64,000 bases of DNA from NCBI GenBank assembly GCA_964384125.1, contig CAYLKA010000003.1, positions 548 through 64,547 of the forward strand, read 5' to 3'. The notes under the pieces were generated by a model that searched no databases, had not been told where the DNA came from, and saw nothing but the letters and a program-made list of their open reading frames with translations. Below, piece after piece: positions 38,783 to 47,845 of this stretch (its first letter is position 1; each line of letters begins with the position of its first letter). A program made the position numbers and the translations under genes. The DNA is from an uncultured Gammaproteobacteria bacterium (GTDB taxonomy: Bacteria; Pseudomonadota; Gammaproteobacteria; Steroidobacterales; Rariloculaceae).

Positions 38783-40444
38783 TTATAGGTTCGCGAGTGG
38801 CGTTTTCCGAAAACTCTGTACACGCAACCCAAAAAGGTAGCAAGCGCCTAAGTAGATGCCGACACCCGTGAACACGCAAATAGTGAGAGAACCGACGCGC
38901 TCCAGGACACCAAGCAAAAGCCAATCCCCCATCCAGCCCGCTAACCAGAAGACCCCGCAGGCCATAATCGCAGTTGCCCCGAGCACCTGGCTGGTCAGCA
39001 AACCCCAGCCAGGGCGCGGCTGGAACACATTATTCTTGCGTAAACCCCGGAAAAGCATCAACGCATTGAAAAACGCAGAAAGCGTCGTCGCCAAAGCCAG
39101 CCCCGCGTGAGGCGCGTAAAACTCAGTTCTGATGAGACTCACCACCAAGACTACATTCAGACCTATATTCAACACGGAAGAGTACACCCCGATCCTCACG
39201 GGTGTACTCGTGTCCTGACGAGCAAAATAGCTTGGAGCAAGGACTTTTACGAGAATGAATCCAACCAAACCCAGCGCGTATGCGATCAGCGAAGCCGTCG
39301 CCATGTTCACATCGAACGCCGTAAACTCGCCCCCATAGAAGATTGTTATCAATAGGGGCTCGGCTAGCACAATTAATCCCAAAGCGGCCGGAAAGGCACC
39401 GACAAGAACCAACCGCAGCGCCCAATCGAGCGTGGCGTTGAAATTCTCACTAGAGCCCTTTGCATGCTGCTCGGACAATGTGGGCAAAATCACCGTGGCG
39501 AGAGCGATGCCGAACACACCCAACGGGAACTCCATCAGTCGATCGGAGTAGTAAAGCCAGCTGATACTGCCGGCAGCGAGAAATGATGCGATCAGTGTAT
39601 CGAAGAGGATGTTTATCTGGGCGACCGAAGACCCGAATATCACGGGCACCATCAACTTTAAGATTTTTCGGACTCCAGAATACCCCCAACCCCATCGCGG
39701 AAAGGGAAGTAGCTTGAGCCGCAGGAGAAAGGGCAATTGAAAAAGCAGTTGCACGACCCCCGCCACGAACACCCCTGCCGCGAGACCGAGCCCCGGATTC
39801 TCAAAGCGAGGGGCAATCCAACCCGCAAAACCGATCAGAACGAGATTCAGAAGGACCGGGGTGAAAGCGGGGACGGCGAAGCTTCTGTACGCGTTGAGAA
39901 TGGCGCCGGCTAGCGCAGTTAGTGAGATAAAAAACAGATACGGAAAAGTGAGCCTGAGCATGTCTCGGGCGAGTTCGTAACGACCATCGTCATCTAGAAA
40001 ACCCGGCGCGAATACCATGATCAATAACGGGGCCGCGATTACGCCAGTGGCCGTAATGGCGAAAAGTATCAACCCGAGCGTACCAGCCACCCGGTCGACG
40101 AGCTCTTTAGTGTCCTCTCGCGTTCCTGTAGCGCGGTACTCAGATATCACCGGCACAAACGCCGCTGAAAATCCACCCTCAGCGAAAAAGCGCCGGAAGA
40201 GATTGGGAATCTTGAACGCGACAAAAAACGCGTCCATAAGCACGCCGGCACCGAACCACCGGGAGAAGCCAATATCACGCGCGAGCCCCGTGACCCGGGA
40301 CAACAGAGTCATCGCTCCGACTATGGACGTGGATCGGAGCAAGCTCCTCGAGTCATCACTCCGATTCTGACCCTCGTCCGTTGCGGTCATGGACTTCCCA
40401 ACCGGGCGAACTGCCGGATCTGCTGCAATTTCAGATACTCCCAC
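38783..40444 (-). CDS. murJ: lipid II flippase MurJ
   Basis: Polytopic protein with N-terminus SLLRSTSIVGAMTLLSRVTGLARD. ATG at 40390 is a plausible alternative start. Confidence 0.9.
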   Translation of the reverse strand: MGVSEIAADPAVRPVGKSMTATDEGQNRSDDSRSLLRSTSIVGAMTLLSRVTGLARDIGFSRWFGAGVLMDAFFVAFKIPNLFRRFFAEGGFSAAFVPVISEYRATGTREDTKELVDRVAGTLGLILFAITATGVIAAPLLIMVFAPGFLDDDGRYELARDMLRLTFPYLFFISLTALAGAILNAYRSFAVPAFTPVLLNLVLIGFAGWIAPRFENPGLGLAAGVFVAGVVQLLFQLPFLLRLKLLPFPRWGWGYSGVRKILKLMVPVIFGSSVAQINILFDTLIASFLAAGSISWLYYSDRLMEFPLGVFGIALATVILPTLSEQHAKGSSENFNATLDWALRLVLVGAFPAALGLIVLAEPLLITIFYGGEFTAFDVNMATASLIAYALGLVGFILVKVLAPSYFARQDTSTPVRIGVYSSVLNIGLNVVLVVSLIRTEFYAPHAGLALATTLSAFFNALMLFRGLRKNNVFQPRPGWGLLTSQVLGATAIMACGVFWLAGWMGDWLLLGVLERVGSLTICVFTGVGIYLGACYLFGLRVQSFRKTPLANL

Positions 40445-40457
40445 TCAGTCCCCCAGC

Positions 40458-40487
40458 TTGACTTGCGTGGGGGAGGATCCCAATAAT
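40458..40487 (+). promoter_or_regulatory. candidate sigma70 promoter of rpsT
   Basis: TTGACT (40458-40463), an 18-nt spacer, then AATAAT (40482-40487), about 40 nt upstream of the start codon. Confidence 0.4.
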
Positions 40488-40526
40488 ACCGCCCTTTTCC
40501 GGGGTTACCCCTAGACCAGGACCACC

Positions 40527-40790
40527 ATGGCCAATATTCAGTCAGCGAAAAAGCGTGCGCGCCAGAATGTTAAACGACGGTTGCACAACATGACGCTGCG
40601 TTCGCGTCTCCGCACTACCTTGCGCCACGTTTTCAGGGCTCTTCAGGGCGGCGACCAAGAATCGGCGTTGGCCGGATTCAAGACCGCAGTACCACAAATC
40701 GACAAGATGGTGACGAAGGGCATCATCAACAAAAATCGAGCTGCTCGATACAAGAGCCGCCTGAACGCCAAGATCCGCGCGCTCTCATAA
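40527..40790 (+). CDS. rpsT: 30S ribosomal protein S20
   Basis: 87 aa. Begins MANIQSAKKRARQ. Confidence 0.95.
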   Translation: MANIQSAKKRARQNVKRRLHNMTLRSRLRTTLRHVFRALQGGDQESALAGFKTAVPQIDKMVTKGIINKNRAARYKSRLNAKIRALS

Positions 40791-40848
40791 CCCCCCTGAT
40801 CGGGCAAACCTCCCCTTTCCCGGAGTAATTTGGGGACGGTAGCCCCTA

Positions 40849-41868
<1,020 letters not shown>

Positions 41869-41896
41869 TCAGTTCAGGAACGCTTACCCCACGGAC

Positions 41897-41925
41897 ACAA
41901 AAAAGGCCCGCTTGTGGGGCCTTTT
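41897..41925 (-). terminator. intrinsic terminator / attenuator between rpmA and obg
   Basis: On the minus strand: AAAAGGCCC, 7-nt loop, GGGCCTTTT, running into TTTTTTGTGT. Confidence 0.6.
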
Positions 41926-41945
41926 CTTTCGCACACCCTATCTTC

Positions 41946-42203
41946 CTATTCGGGCATGACTCTGACGTACTTCCTGCTTTTAGGGCCCTTAGTCTCGAAC
42001 ACTACTTTACCGGAAGCCTTCGCGAAGATCGTATGATCCTTGCCGAGTCCTACATTGGCGCCCGGATGAAACTTGGTCCCCCGTTGGCGAACTATGATGT
42101 TACCGGCAAGGACCAGCTCACCACCATAGCGCTTGATTCCAAGTCGTTTAGATTCGGAATCGCGACCGTTCTTGGAACTGCCGCCTGCTTTCTTGTGTGC
42201 CAT
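41946..42203 (-). CDS. rpmA: 50S ribosomal protein L27
   Basis: 85 aa. Begins [16 protein letters not shown]. Confidence 0.95.
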   Translation of the reverse strand: MAHKKAGGSSKNGRDSESKRLGIKRYGGELVLAGNIIVRQRGTKFHPGANVGLGKDHTIFAKASGKVVFETKGPKSRKYVRVMPE

Positions 42204-42220
42204 ATCTGCGCTCCTCGGGA

Positions 42221-42601
42221 CTAAGCCTCAACCTCAGCGGTTTCCTTCGTTTTCGTGGCCTTCTTCTTCGTCGCAGCCTTCTTCTTAACCGCACCCGTAA
42301 TCGAAGTGATCTCCACCTCGGTGAAATGCTGGCGGTGTCCCTTTTCGCGCTTGTAGTTCTTGCGACGCTTGAACTTAATAACCATCACCTTCTTATCACG
42401 GCCCTGTTCGGTGACCTTGGCCTTGACCTTGCCCCCGGAAACCAATGGGGAGCCCAGCTTGACCTTAGATCCCTCACCGACCAACAGAACCTCTCCGAAC
42501 TCTACCGAATCGCCCTCCTCCGCATCGAGGCGCTCGACTCTAATCCGATCGCCTTTGCTGGCGCGATACTGTTTGCCGCCTGTTCGAAAAACCGCGTACA
42601 C
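42221..42601 (-). CDS. rplU: 50S ribosomal protein L21 with Lys-rich C-terminal tail
   Basis: [12 protein letters not shown] core. GTG 42601 has AGGAG 9 nt upstream. The ORF-track ATG at 42619 would add 6 aa. Confidence 0.9.
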   Translation of the reverse strand: MYAVFRTGGKQYRASKGDRIRVERLDAEEGDSVEFGEVLLVGEGSKVKLGSPLVSGGKVKAKVTEQGRDKKVMVIKFKRRKNYKREKGHRQHFTEVEITSITGAVKKKAATKKKATKTKETAEVEA

Positions 42602-42645
42602 CTGAGGAAACTCCTGCATTTGGAGATTACGTGGGAAGGCGCGAG

Positions 42646-42674
42646 ATTGTAGTAACTAAGCCGTGTCCGGTCAA
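42646..42674 (-). promoter_or_regulatory. candidate sigma70 promoter of rplU-rpmA
   Basis: On the minus strand: TTGACC (42674-42669), a 17-nt spacer, then TACAAT (42651-42646). Confidence 0.55.
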
Positions 42675-42776
42675 TGAGTTATCTCCCCCCAATCGTAGCA
42701 GCCTGTTGTTTCCTGGGGTGGACTTCGGAGCCGGTCAAATCTCGCCAAGCAGCCAAGGTTCAGGCATCATCGTTTG

Positions 42777-43775
42777 ATGCAAATCGCCCAGACCCGCACT
42801 CATGCACCGTCCCTAGAAACCATTAGATCCCCTGTCCAAGAGGACTGGGCCAGCGTCAACCGCGTGATCGTCCAGCGCCTCGGCAGCGACGTGGCACTGG
42901 TGAATCAGGTAGCCCATCACATCGTCCACGGCGGCGGAAAGCGGCTACGACCTTTAACGGTACTGCTGGCCGCCCGCGCGTGTGGGCACCAGGAAACCTC
43001 GCATATCCCTACCGCCGCCATCATCGAGTTCATTCACACCGCGACGTTATTGCACGACGACGTGGTGGACGATTCCGGGCTGCGCCGCGGCCAACAGACA
43101 GCCAACCAGGTATTCGGAAACGAGGCAAGCGTGCTTGTTGGAGATTTCCTCTACTCCAGAGCGTTCCAAATGATGGTTGAGATCGGGAATATGGAAATTC
43201 TCGACATACTCGCCAATGCGACAAACACAATCGCAGGCGGAGAGGTCCTCCAACTAATGAACTGCAACAATCCGGACATCAAGGAAGAAGATTACCTGGA
43301 GGTCATCTATCGGAAAACCGCCAGACTGTTTGAGGCCGGGGCCCAATGTGGCGCAATACTCGCAGAGCTCGAACAAGAGATGCAGCAACATATGGTCAGG
43401 TACGGCCGTCACCTTGGACTCGCATTTCAGCTCGTGGACGACGCCCTGGATTACGAAGCAACCACGGAGGAGCTCGGCAAGAATATCGGTGACGACCTGG
43501 CCGAGGGTAAACCCACGCTGCCATTGATCTACGCGATGGACCAAGGCAGCGCTGCGGAGCGGCACATGATCCGTGAAGCGATCGAAACCGGGGGCACTCA
43601 AAATCTTACTTCTATTCAACTCGCTATCGAGACCTCCGGGGGACTACGTTACACCGCGGAGCGTGCACGCTCGGAAGCGAAGCTTGCCGTCAAGAATCTG
43701 GAAATTCTGCCGCCTAGCCTATACAAGGACAGCCTTGCGAACCTGGCCAGATTTGCCGTCGACCGACGCTTTTGA
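42777..43775 (+). CDS. ispB: octaprenyl-diphosphate synthase
   Basis: Two Asp-rich motifs (LLHDDVVDD and FQLVDDALDY). Divergent from rplU, as in many gammaproteobacteria. Confidence 0.9.
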   Translation: MQIAQTRTHAPSLETIRSPVQEDWASVNRVIVQRLGSDVALVNQVAHHIVHGGGKRLRPLTVLLAARACGHQETSHIPTAAIIEFIHTATLLHDDVVDDSGLRRGQQTANQVFGNEASVLVGDFLYSRAFQMMVEIGNMEILDILANATNTIAGGEVLQLMNCNNPDIKEEDYLEVIYRKTARLFEAGAQCGAILAELEQEMQQHMVRYGRHLGLAFQLVDDALDYEATTEELGKNIGDDLAEGKPTLPLIYAMDQGSAAERHMIREAIETGGTQNLTSIQLAIETSGGLRYTAERARSEAKLAVKNLEILPPSLYKDSLANLARFAVDRRF

Positions 43776-43941
43776 CCGAGCTAGCCAAGACGATGCGCGC
43801 TTTCGAACCCACTTATAGGACAGCGCATGCAAAAACATCACCTCCCGGCCATTTATCGGGACGAGAGCAACGTAGATCGATATTTATTGAACCTGCCGTC
43901 CGGTCCACGCGCACGTATCGAGAAAATTGAGGAGACCAAGA

Positions 43942-45576
43942 ATGAATTTGAAGACTTGTCTAGTTGCGCTCGGCGTATTTGGACTTACCAGCTGCTCCGA
44001 ATCCCCACGCGAACCGGGACAGGCGACGGAAAACGCAACCGATGACCGACCCAATATCCTGTTGATCATTGCTGATGATCTCGGCTACACCGATATCGGC
44101 GCCTTCGGCAGCGAGATTCCGACACCGAATCTCGATGAACTGGCTTTCCAAGGCACACGTCTCACCAACTTTCATACCGCCAGAGCATGCCAGCAGACCC
44201 GCGTGATGATGATGGCCAGCAGCGGCGTTTCCCCCGCGCTAGAAATACGTCCCAGGCTGGTGGAAAGTAACGAGAGAGCCAACCGCTTGAGCCTCGACTG
44301 GGCCACGCTCCCAGAGCTTCTTCAGGACGCCGGGTACGAGACCTATATGACCGGAAAGTGGGACCTAGGCTTGGAACCGGGCTATACGCCGGCGACTCGC
44401 GGTTTTGACCGTTCTTTCGTGCAATTAGGCGCTTCAGCCAGTCATTTCGCCGAGGTCCTGTGGGGGGAGGAAAGCTTCTACGAGCTCGATGGTGAGCGAG
44501 TTGAATATGCGGACATGCCGGCAGACTTCTATTCAACAAACTATTACACGGAAAGGATGCTTGAGTTTCTGAGGTCCAATGACGGCGAGACCCCGTGGCT
44601 AGCCTACGTTCCTTACACCACACCACATTGGCCCCTGCAGGTACCCGAAGACTCGCTTGACCGCTTCGCCGGGGAGTATGACTCCGGTTACGACGTGCTC
44701 CGCGAAGCCCGAATGGCTCGCGCGGGCGAGCTGGGCGTGGTCCCGCTAGGTGCAAGCGCAGCTGACTTCCAACCAATGGCTCCAACCTGGACTACCTTAA
44801 CGACCGAAGAAAAGCGTGAATTCGGACGTGCCCAGGAGATTTATGCCGCCATGATCGAGAACCTCGATACCAACGTCGGTCGGCTAATCGATCACTTGAG
44901 AGAGACCGGCGAGCTGTCCAACACCATCGTTATATTCACCTCCGATCATGGAGCCTCTTCCTCTGACCACGGCCACAGCACGCGCCAGCCGAGACAGCAG
45001 GGACCGCAAGTTCCGGATTTCATCGACAATCGATTCGAGAACTGGGGGCGGCCGAATTCCTTTGTGGATCATGGGCAAGGATTCGCAGAAGCGGCCACGG
45101 CTCCCTTGAAAGGCTACAAGGGCACCCACAGCGAAGGTGGTCTTCGTGCGGCAGCCTTTGTCTACTTTCCGAGCGAGGTAGCTCAGGGCGCAGTCAATGA
45201 CACGTTCATGACAGTGATGGATATTCTCCCAACGTTCCTGGAGATCGCCGGAACCGAGCATCCAGGCGCGGTCAACTACAAGGGCCGCAATATCAACCCC
45301 ATCCGCGGCCGATCGTTCTGGCCCCATCTCACCGGCAGAACGGAAACGGTTCACCAACCGACCGACGTGGTGGGTTGGACACAAGGCAACGGTGGCGCAC
45401 TCATTCAAGGGAATTACAAAATCGTCAGACAGCAGGTACCCGGAGGGGCGGTAACACCCGAACCATGGCGCCTTTACAACCTGGCCGACGATCCCGGCGA
45501 AAGAACCGACCTAGCCACAGAGTTGCCGGACCTCGTTAGGAACCTCGCTCAAGAGTGGGAAAACAACTGGCGCTGA
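43942..45576 (+). CDS. sulfatase-family lipoprotein (AtsA-like arylsulfatase fold) with atypical active-site motif
   Basis: ATG 43942 follows GAGGAG. Lipobox LTSC. PNILLIIADDLGYTDIGAFG, GKWDLG and FTSDHGAS. The expected C-x-P-x-R reads CQQTR (44188-44202). Confidence 0.8.
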   Translation: MNLKTCLVALGVFGLTSCSESPREPGQATENATDDRPNILLIIADDLGYTDIGAFGSEIPTPNLDELAFQGTRLTNFHTARACQQTRVMMMASSGVSPALEIRPRLVESNERANRLSLDWATLPELLQDAGYETYMTGKWDLGLEPGYTPATRGFDRSFVQLGASASHFAEVLWGEESFYELDGERVEYADMPADFYSTNYYTERMLEFLRSNDGETPWLAYVPYTTPHWPLQVPEDSLDRFAGEYDSGYDVLREARMARAGELGVVPLGASAADFQPMAPTWTTLTTEEKREFGRAQEIYAAMIENLDTNVGRLIDHLRETGELSNTIVIFTSDHGASSSDHGHSTRQPRQQGPQVPDFIDNRFENWGRPNSFVDHGQGFAEAATAPLKGYKGTHSEGGLRAAAFVYFPSEVAQGAVNDTFMTVMDILPTFLEIAGTEHPGAVNYKGRNINPIRGRSFWPHLTGRTETVHQPTDVVGWTQGNGGALIQGNYKIVRQQVPGGAVTPEPWRLYNLADDPGERTDLATELPDLVRNLAQEWENNWR

Positions 45577-45596
45577 AGCGTCGAGAGGAACTCATC

Positions 45597-46373
45597 ATGG
45601 CGGATCAAGCCACGCTTATAAGCGTAGCCGAGCGGCTACGCTCGGCGAGCGGATTCTCGCCCATCGAGACCGTTCACGGGGAACTCAGCGGTATCGAAGA
45701 CGCTTACGAGATCCAGGCGATCAACCGGGCCGAATGGATCACCCAGGGCCGACTCGTGACCGGCTACAAAGTGGCCTTCACTACGCTGGAATCACAGCAG
45801 ATTTTCGGCACCCACGAGCCCGCTTACGGCACGCTATTCGAGGATATGCATTTTTACTCGGATAGAACGATTCCAGCCGGGCGACTTGCCCATCCCAAGC
45901 TCGAAGGAGAAATCGTGCTGGAACTAGCCATGGACCTGCCAGCAGAAACGTTACCGCCCGAGGAGGTCACCGCCGCGGTCAGCGCCTTCTACGTCGCGCT
46001 CGAAATACCCGATGGCTCGTTCGCTGGCAAGTTCGACGCCGTCGACATGGCCGCAGACAACGCCGCGGCCGCCGGTTATGTATTGGGCGACCGCCTGGAA
46101 ATGACCCCCGCCACCAATCTGGCTGCACTCTCGCTGGAAATGCAACACAACGGAGAAGTGGTGTCGTCCGGCGCAGCATCCACTTGCATGGGGGATCCCA
46201 TGAACGTGCTGATCTGGCTACAGGCGGCGCTAGCGAGCCGTAACGAAGAGTTGAAGGCCGGGCAGATCGTGTACTGCGGCAGTCTGGTCCCGATTATTCA
46301 GGTGCGGCCCGGAGATACATTCCACGCAACAGTCGAAAACACGGGCGCGGTAAGCTGCCGTTTCGACGAATAA
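45597..46373 (+). CDS. 2-keto-4-pentenoate hydratase (MhpD/HpcG) family protein
   Basis: AYEIQ..., GYKVAFTT, and the PKLEGEIVLEL pattern. ATG 45597 follows GAGAGGA. The ORF-track start at 45555 overlaps the sulfatase gene. Confidence 0.7.
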   Translation: MADQATLISVAERLRSASGFSPIETVHGELSGIEDAYEIQAINRAEWITQGRLVTGYKVAFTTLESQQIFGTHEPAYGTLFEDMHFYSDRTIPAGRLAHPKLEGEIVLELAMDLPAETLPPEEVTAAVSAFYVALEIPDGSFAGKFDAVDMAADNAAAAGYVLGDRLEMTPATNLAALSLEMQHNGEVVSSGAASTCMGDPMNVLIWLQAALASRNEELKAGQIVYCGSLVPIIQVRPGDTFHATVENTGAVSCRFDE

Positions 46374-46382
46374 CGGGCTAGG

Positions 46383-46685
46383 CTAGGAGTCCTCCGCTTT
46401 CTGAGCCTGCTCGAAACGCTCGAGCTGCTCGTCGGTCGCGGGAGGCAGATGATGGGCCTTCAAGTCACCGAAAGGCATCCCATGGACCATCACACGCGCC
46501 ATAACAAGACACACAACTAAACCGCGCGCGCTAGCAGCCTCTACATACCATTTGCTCAGGCAATTACGGCAGAAACCCGCGAGTATCATCAGCTCGATGT
46601 TCTGTACATCCTTGCGCTCGCCCAAATGTTCAATGAGGCGGCGAAACACGGCCGCTTCGAGTTCGGTTTGAGCTGTCGAGTCCAT
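46383..46685 (-). CDS. DUF1244-family protein
   Basis: ELEAAVFRRLIEHL...LAGFCRNCLSKWY. Start placed at MDSTAQ (46685), because the longer ORF would overlap the sulfotransferase gene. Confidence 0.65.
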   Translation of the reverse strand: MDSTAQTELEAAVFRRLIEHLGERKDVQNIELMILAGFCRNCLSKWYVEAASARGLVVCLVMARVMVHGMPFGDLKAHHLPPATDEQLERFEQAQKAEDS

Positions 46686-46698
46686 CTTAATATCTCCT

Positions 46699-47568
46699 TC
46701 AACGGTGTTCACTGGCCACCTGCAGTATATCGGGCCAGAGTCGACCCACATCGGTCCCCTGCGAACGCTCTGAAAACTTCTCCAACAGGCGCCGCGCCTG
46801 GCCAGCAGAGAACTCATTGACCCAATCCCCAACGATCCCCTTGCGGATAAACCCGGGCATATCCTCCGGGCGCCGGCTCGCCCAGCGACCTTGATTCTGC
46901 CGCATACTCTCGAAACTGCTGTGACGAATTACATCTTCGACGATCTTCTTATCATCAACAGCTCCAGCTTCGAGGAAAGCACCAACCTTTTGGACCGTGG
47001 TCCGAATATCCCTCTTCATTGACTCATAAGTCACAAACAGTACGTTGCGGTCATCCTTATGCGCATACCACGACATCAGGTTGTCGAAATAGTCTCCGAA
47101 GTCCACTTCTCCTCTCACGAAACACTCGAAAAATTCTTCGAATGTTCCCTCATAAAAATCATAGTGCTTTGGAAATCCACGCGTGTGATGGAAGAAAGAT
47201 ACGGCACAGTCAAAGGGGTTGCGAGCGACATAGAGATAGCGGGCCTGCGGATGGTGAGGCGTCATGGCGAACGGAAGGTGTGTCTTTATGAGACGCGGCT
47301 GCGGAAGTCTAGTGACACCGTCTCGACCAACCTCCTCCAGATGCGGAAAAACGTCTGCCAATCTCCTACCGGCCGCGAGTGGCTCACCCTGGTGCATTAT
47401 CAGATAGACGATATTCTGCAACCAGGTCGTACCACATTTTGGGTACGAGGTAACGATGATGTCATCCGACTCAGCGGAACACTCCAACGCCGAAGCAAGC
47501 CCTTCAGGTGGAAAACCCATCGGCATGCGCAGAGCGCCCTGTTCGTTATAACTTGGCTTTCGATCCAT
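46699..47568 (-). CDS. PAPS-dependent sulfotransferase of the cytosolic SULT (Sulfotransfer_1) type
   Basis: 5'-PSB loop SYPKCGTTW, catalytic-His context LIKTHLPF, and 3'-PB motif FIRKGIVGDWVNEFS. Confidence 0.8.
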   Translation of the reverse strand: MDRKPSYNEQGALRMPMGFPPEGLASALECSAESDDIIVTSYPKCGTTWLQNIVYLIMHQGEPLAAGRRLADVFPHLEEVGRDGVTRLPQPRLIKTHLPFAMTPHHPQARYLYVARNPFDCAVSFFHHTRGFPKHYDFYEGTFEEFFECFVRGEVDFGDYFDNLMSWYAHKDDRNVLFVTYESMKRDIRTTVQKVGAFLEAGAVDDKKIVEDVIRHSSFESMRQNQGRWASRRPEDMPGFIRKGIVGDWVNEFSAGQARRLLEKFSERSQGTDVGRLWPDILQVASEHR

Positions 47569-47845
47569 GAACTGACTTTACCAAGCACACCACTGCCAAG
47601 ATTTACCTCCGGTGGAAATACTACGGCCTGAACATATAAGTATATTTGACGGATGGCCTCAACCGCTTGGATCGCGCACCCCGGGGTTCGTCGCGTAAGA
47701 TAACCGCTGCCACCCGAAAGCAGGGTAACCGAACGTTCTGATCGTACGCTGACGTTGCAACCGGACGACCTTGCCGCTGCACTCCGCAATACGTATAAGG
47801 ACATAACGAACGTCGGACAGATATCACTCGCAGGAGCACCAACTA

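Noticed and set aside
43827-44045. 72-aa ORF upstream of and overlapping the sulfatase start.
   Set aside because: It overlaps the well-supported lipoprotein signal sequence in another frame, and it has no motif and no SD.
44162-45408. Antisense ORFs of 207 aa and 174 aa inside the sulfatase gene.
   Set aside because: Same reasoning: Arg/Pro/Ser-rich composition and complete overlap with a gene whose frame carries clear family motifs.
46686-46832. Longer 149-aa version of the DUF1244 ORF.
   Set aside because: The extension overlaps the 3' end of the sulfotransferase gene and looks like off-frame sequence. The conserved DUF1244 sequence begins at MDSTAQ (46685).
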